From assembly GCA_963712745.1 (NCBI GenBank), contig CAVQJC010000004.1:192001-256000 (forward strand): a stretch of 64,000 nt of DNA, in the 5' to 3' direction. The notes under the pieces were generated by a model. That model did not search any database. It worked only from the letters and a program-made list of their open reading frames with translations, and had not been told where the DNA came from. The position numbers and the translations under genes are program-made. The stretch comes from an uncultured Chloroflexia bacterium. Its GTDB lineage: Bacteria > Chloroflexota > Limnocylindria > Limnocylindrales > CSP1-4. Shown here piece after piece: positions 62,702 to 64,000 of the stretch. Within the stretch, counting starts at the first letter, position 1, and each line of letters opens with the position of its first letter.

Positions 62702-63537
62702 AGCGCATCGGCTTCGCCTTCAATCCCACCTCGGAGATGGCCGTCGAGCTGCGAGAGCGGGCCCTCCGCTGGTGCTCGGACCACGGCCTCGACGCCTGGG
62801 CGCTGCCCTCCGACGAGGCGCCTTCGGATCGCGAGGTGCTGGCCACCACGGACGCCATCGTCGTGCTCGGCGGCGACGGCACCTTCCTGCGAGCAGCCCA
62901 GACCGTGGCCGACGTCGACGTGCCCATCCTCGGCGTCAACGTGGGCAAGGTCGGCTTCCTATCCAAGGCAGAGCACCACGCCCTCGAGGGTGTGCTCGGA
63001 CAGCTCAAGGACGACGACTACGAGCTGGAGCCGCGCCTGATGCTCGACGTCGGCGTGGTACCGGTCGATGGCCAGCGGGACGGACAGCTTCACGTCGCGC
63101 TCAACGAAGCAGCCGTCGTGCGCGGTCGCCACGCCCAGGTCATGCGTGTGGTCGTCGATGTCGGTGACTCCCGGGTGGCGACCTACATCTGCGATGGTGT
63201 GGTGGTGGCCTCGCCGACCGGCTCGACAGGCTACAGCTTCAGCGCGGGCGGACCCATCATCGAGCCCACCAGCCGAAGCCTCGTAGTCACCCCGATCGCG
63301 GCCTACCTGACCCCGTTACGCTCGAGCGTAGTCGGGCCCCAGCACGTGGTGAAGGCCACGGTCGAGGCGGCCTACGACTGCCTGGTGAGCATCGATGGGC
63401 GCCTGGACGTGGCCCTCGCGGTGGGGGACCGCGTGGAGGTGCGCGCCCGCGACAGGTCGATCGACTTCATCCAGCCGAGAGGGGCGCTGCCCTTCTGGGA
63501 CCTGCTGCGCCACAAGGCCACGCTGCTGCCGGATTGA
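62698..63537 (+). CDS. nadK: NAD(+) kinase
   Basis: LGGDGTFL, G.VGFL, ALNE, DG.VVASPTGSTGYSFSAGGP. Confidence 0.96.
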   Translation: MKRIGFAFNPTSEMAVELRERALRWCSDHGLDAWALPSDEAPSDREVLATTDAIVVLGGDGTFLRAAQTVADVDVPILGVNVGKVGFLSKAEHHALEGVLGQLKDDDYELEPRLMLDVGVVPVDGQRDGQLHVALNEAAVVRGRHAQVMRVVVDVGDSRVATYICDGVVVASPTGSTGYSFSAGGPIIEPTSRSLVVTPIAAYLTPLRSSVVGPQHVVKATVEAAYDCLVSIDGRLDVALAVGDRVEVRARDRSIDFIQPRGALPFWDLLRHKATLLPD

Positions 63538-64000
63538 CGATGATGGGCGGCCCCTCCGACGCCCGCAGCGGCGGCGGCAACAGCGAGAACCAGCGCGGTG
63601 CACCACGCGACCTGGTCGCCGCCATCGAGGCCTATGCCGACTACCTGCGGGTAGAGCGCGGCCTGGCCGCGGCAACCATCCGCGCCTACGACACCGACCT
63701 GCGGCTGTTCGGCCGCGACGCGCCGGGAGTGGGGCGCTGGGCAGCCTCGCCCGAGCCGGCCCGCGACTACCTCGGGGCCATGACCCGTCCGCCACGCCTG
63801 CTGCGGCCGACCAGCCTGCGGCGCAAGGCCGCCTCGATCCGGGCCTTCTACCGCTTCTGCTACGCCGAGGAGCTCATCGACGCCGACATCGCCGCGCTCA
63901 TCGACCTGCCGCGCCAGATGCAGCGCCTGCCCGACACGCTCGATACGCAGGAGGTGGGGGCGTTGCTCGATGCGACCTCCGGCGACGACCTCGTGAGCCT
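63534..64000 (+). CDS. xerD: tyrosine recombinase XerD, N-terminal part (truncated by window edge)
   Basis: AIEAYADYLRVERGLAAATIRAYDTDL...RRKAASIRAFYRF...RLPDTL; TTG 63534 or ATG 63540. Confidence 0.85.
   Translation, partial: MTMMGGPSDARSGGGNSENQRGAPRDLVAAIEAYADYLRVERGLAAATIRAYDTDLRLFGRDAPGVGRWAASPEPARDYLGAMTRPPRLLRPTSLRRKAASIRAFYRFCYAEELIDADIAALIDLPRQMQRLPDTLDTQEVGALLDATSGDDLVS

Overview
High-GC bacterial chromosome segment. Gene content and order (alaS-ftsA-like-baseplate J-like-ruvX-mltG-efp, TrpB2, FemAB/MurE cluster, many apparently leaderless genes) suggest Chloroflexota, possibly Limnocylindria; this assignment is inference. The first ~2 kb looks like the decayed tail of an accessory/integrated element. 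Next come a tandem dynamin-like GTPase pair, small accessory genes and a complete IS110 element (8603-10061). Core blocks follow: trpB2, nfeD-SPFH, HipA-like kinase/DUF3037, comM-dprA-topA-xerC-murJ-femAB x2-murE, rel-hisS-femAB-aspS, typA-iscS-mnmA, alaS...efp, and xseAB-dxs-tlyA-nadK-xerD. Main finding: the IS110 bridge RNA can be read from the sequence. Its target- and donor-binding loops match the real insertion site and circle junction, the junction forms TTGACA-N17-TCTAAT, and the programmed target (GGCTAGACTCGGCC) is a host -10 promoter box that the IS end rebuilds on insertion. Other highlights: an orphan FtsA-like ATPase paired with a membrane-anchored baseplate-J-like protein, single-base frameshifts clustered at GATC sites, CUG start codons, and a candidate structured RNA upstream of alaS.
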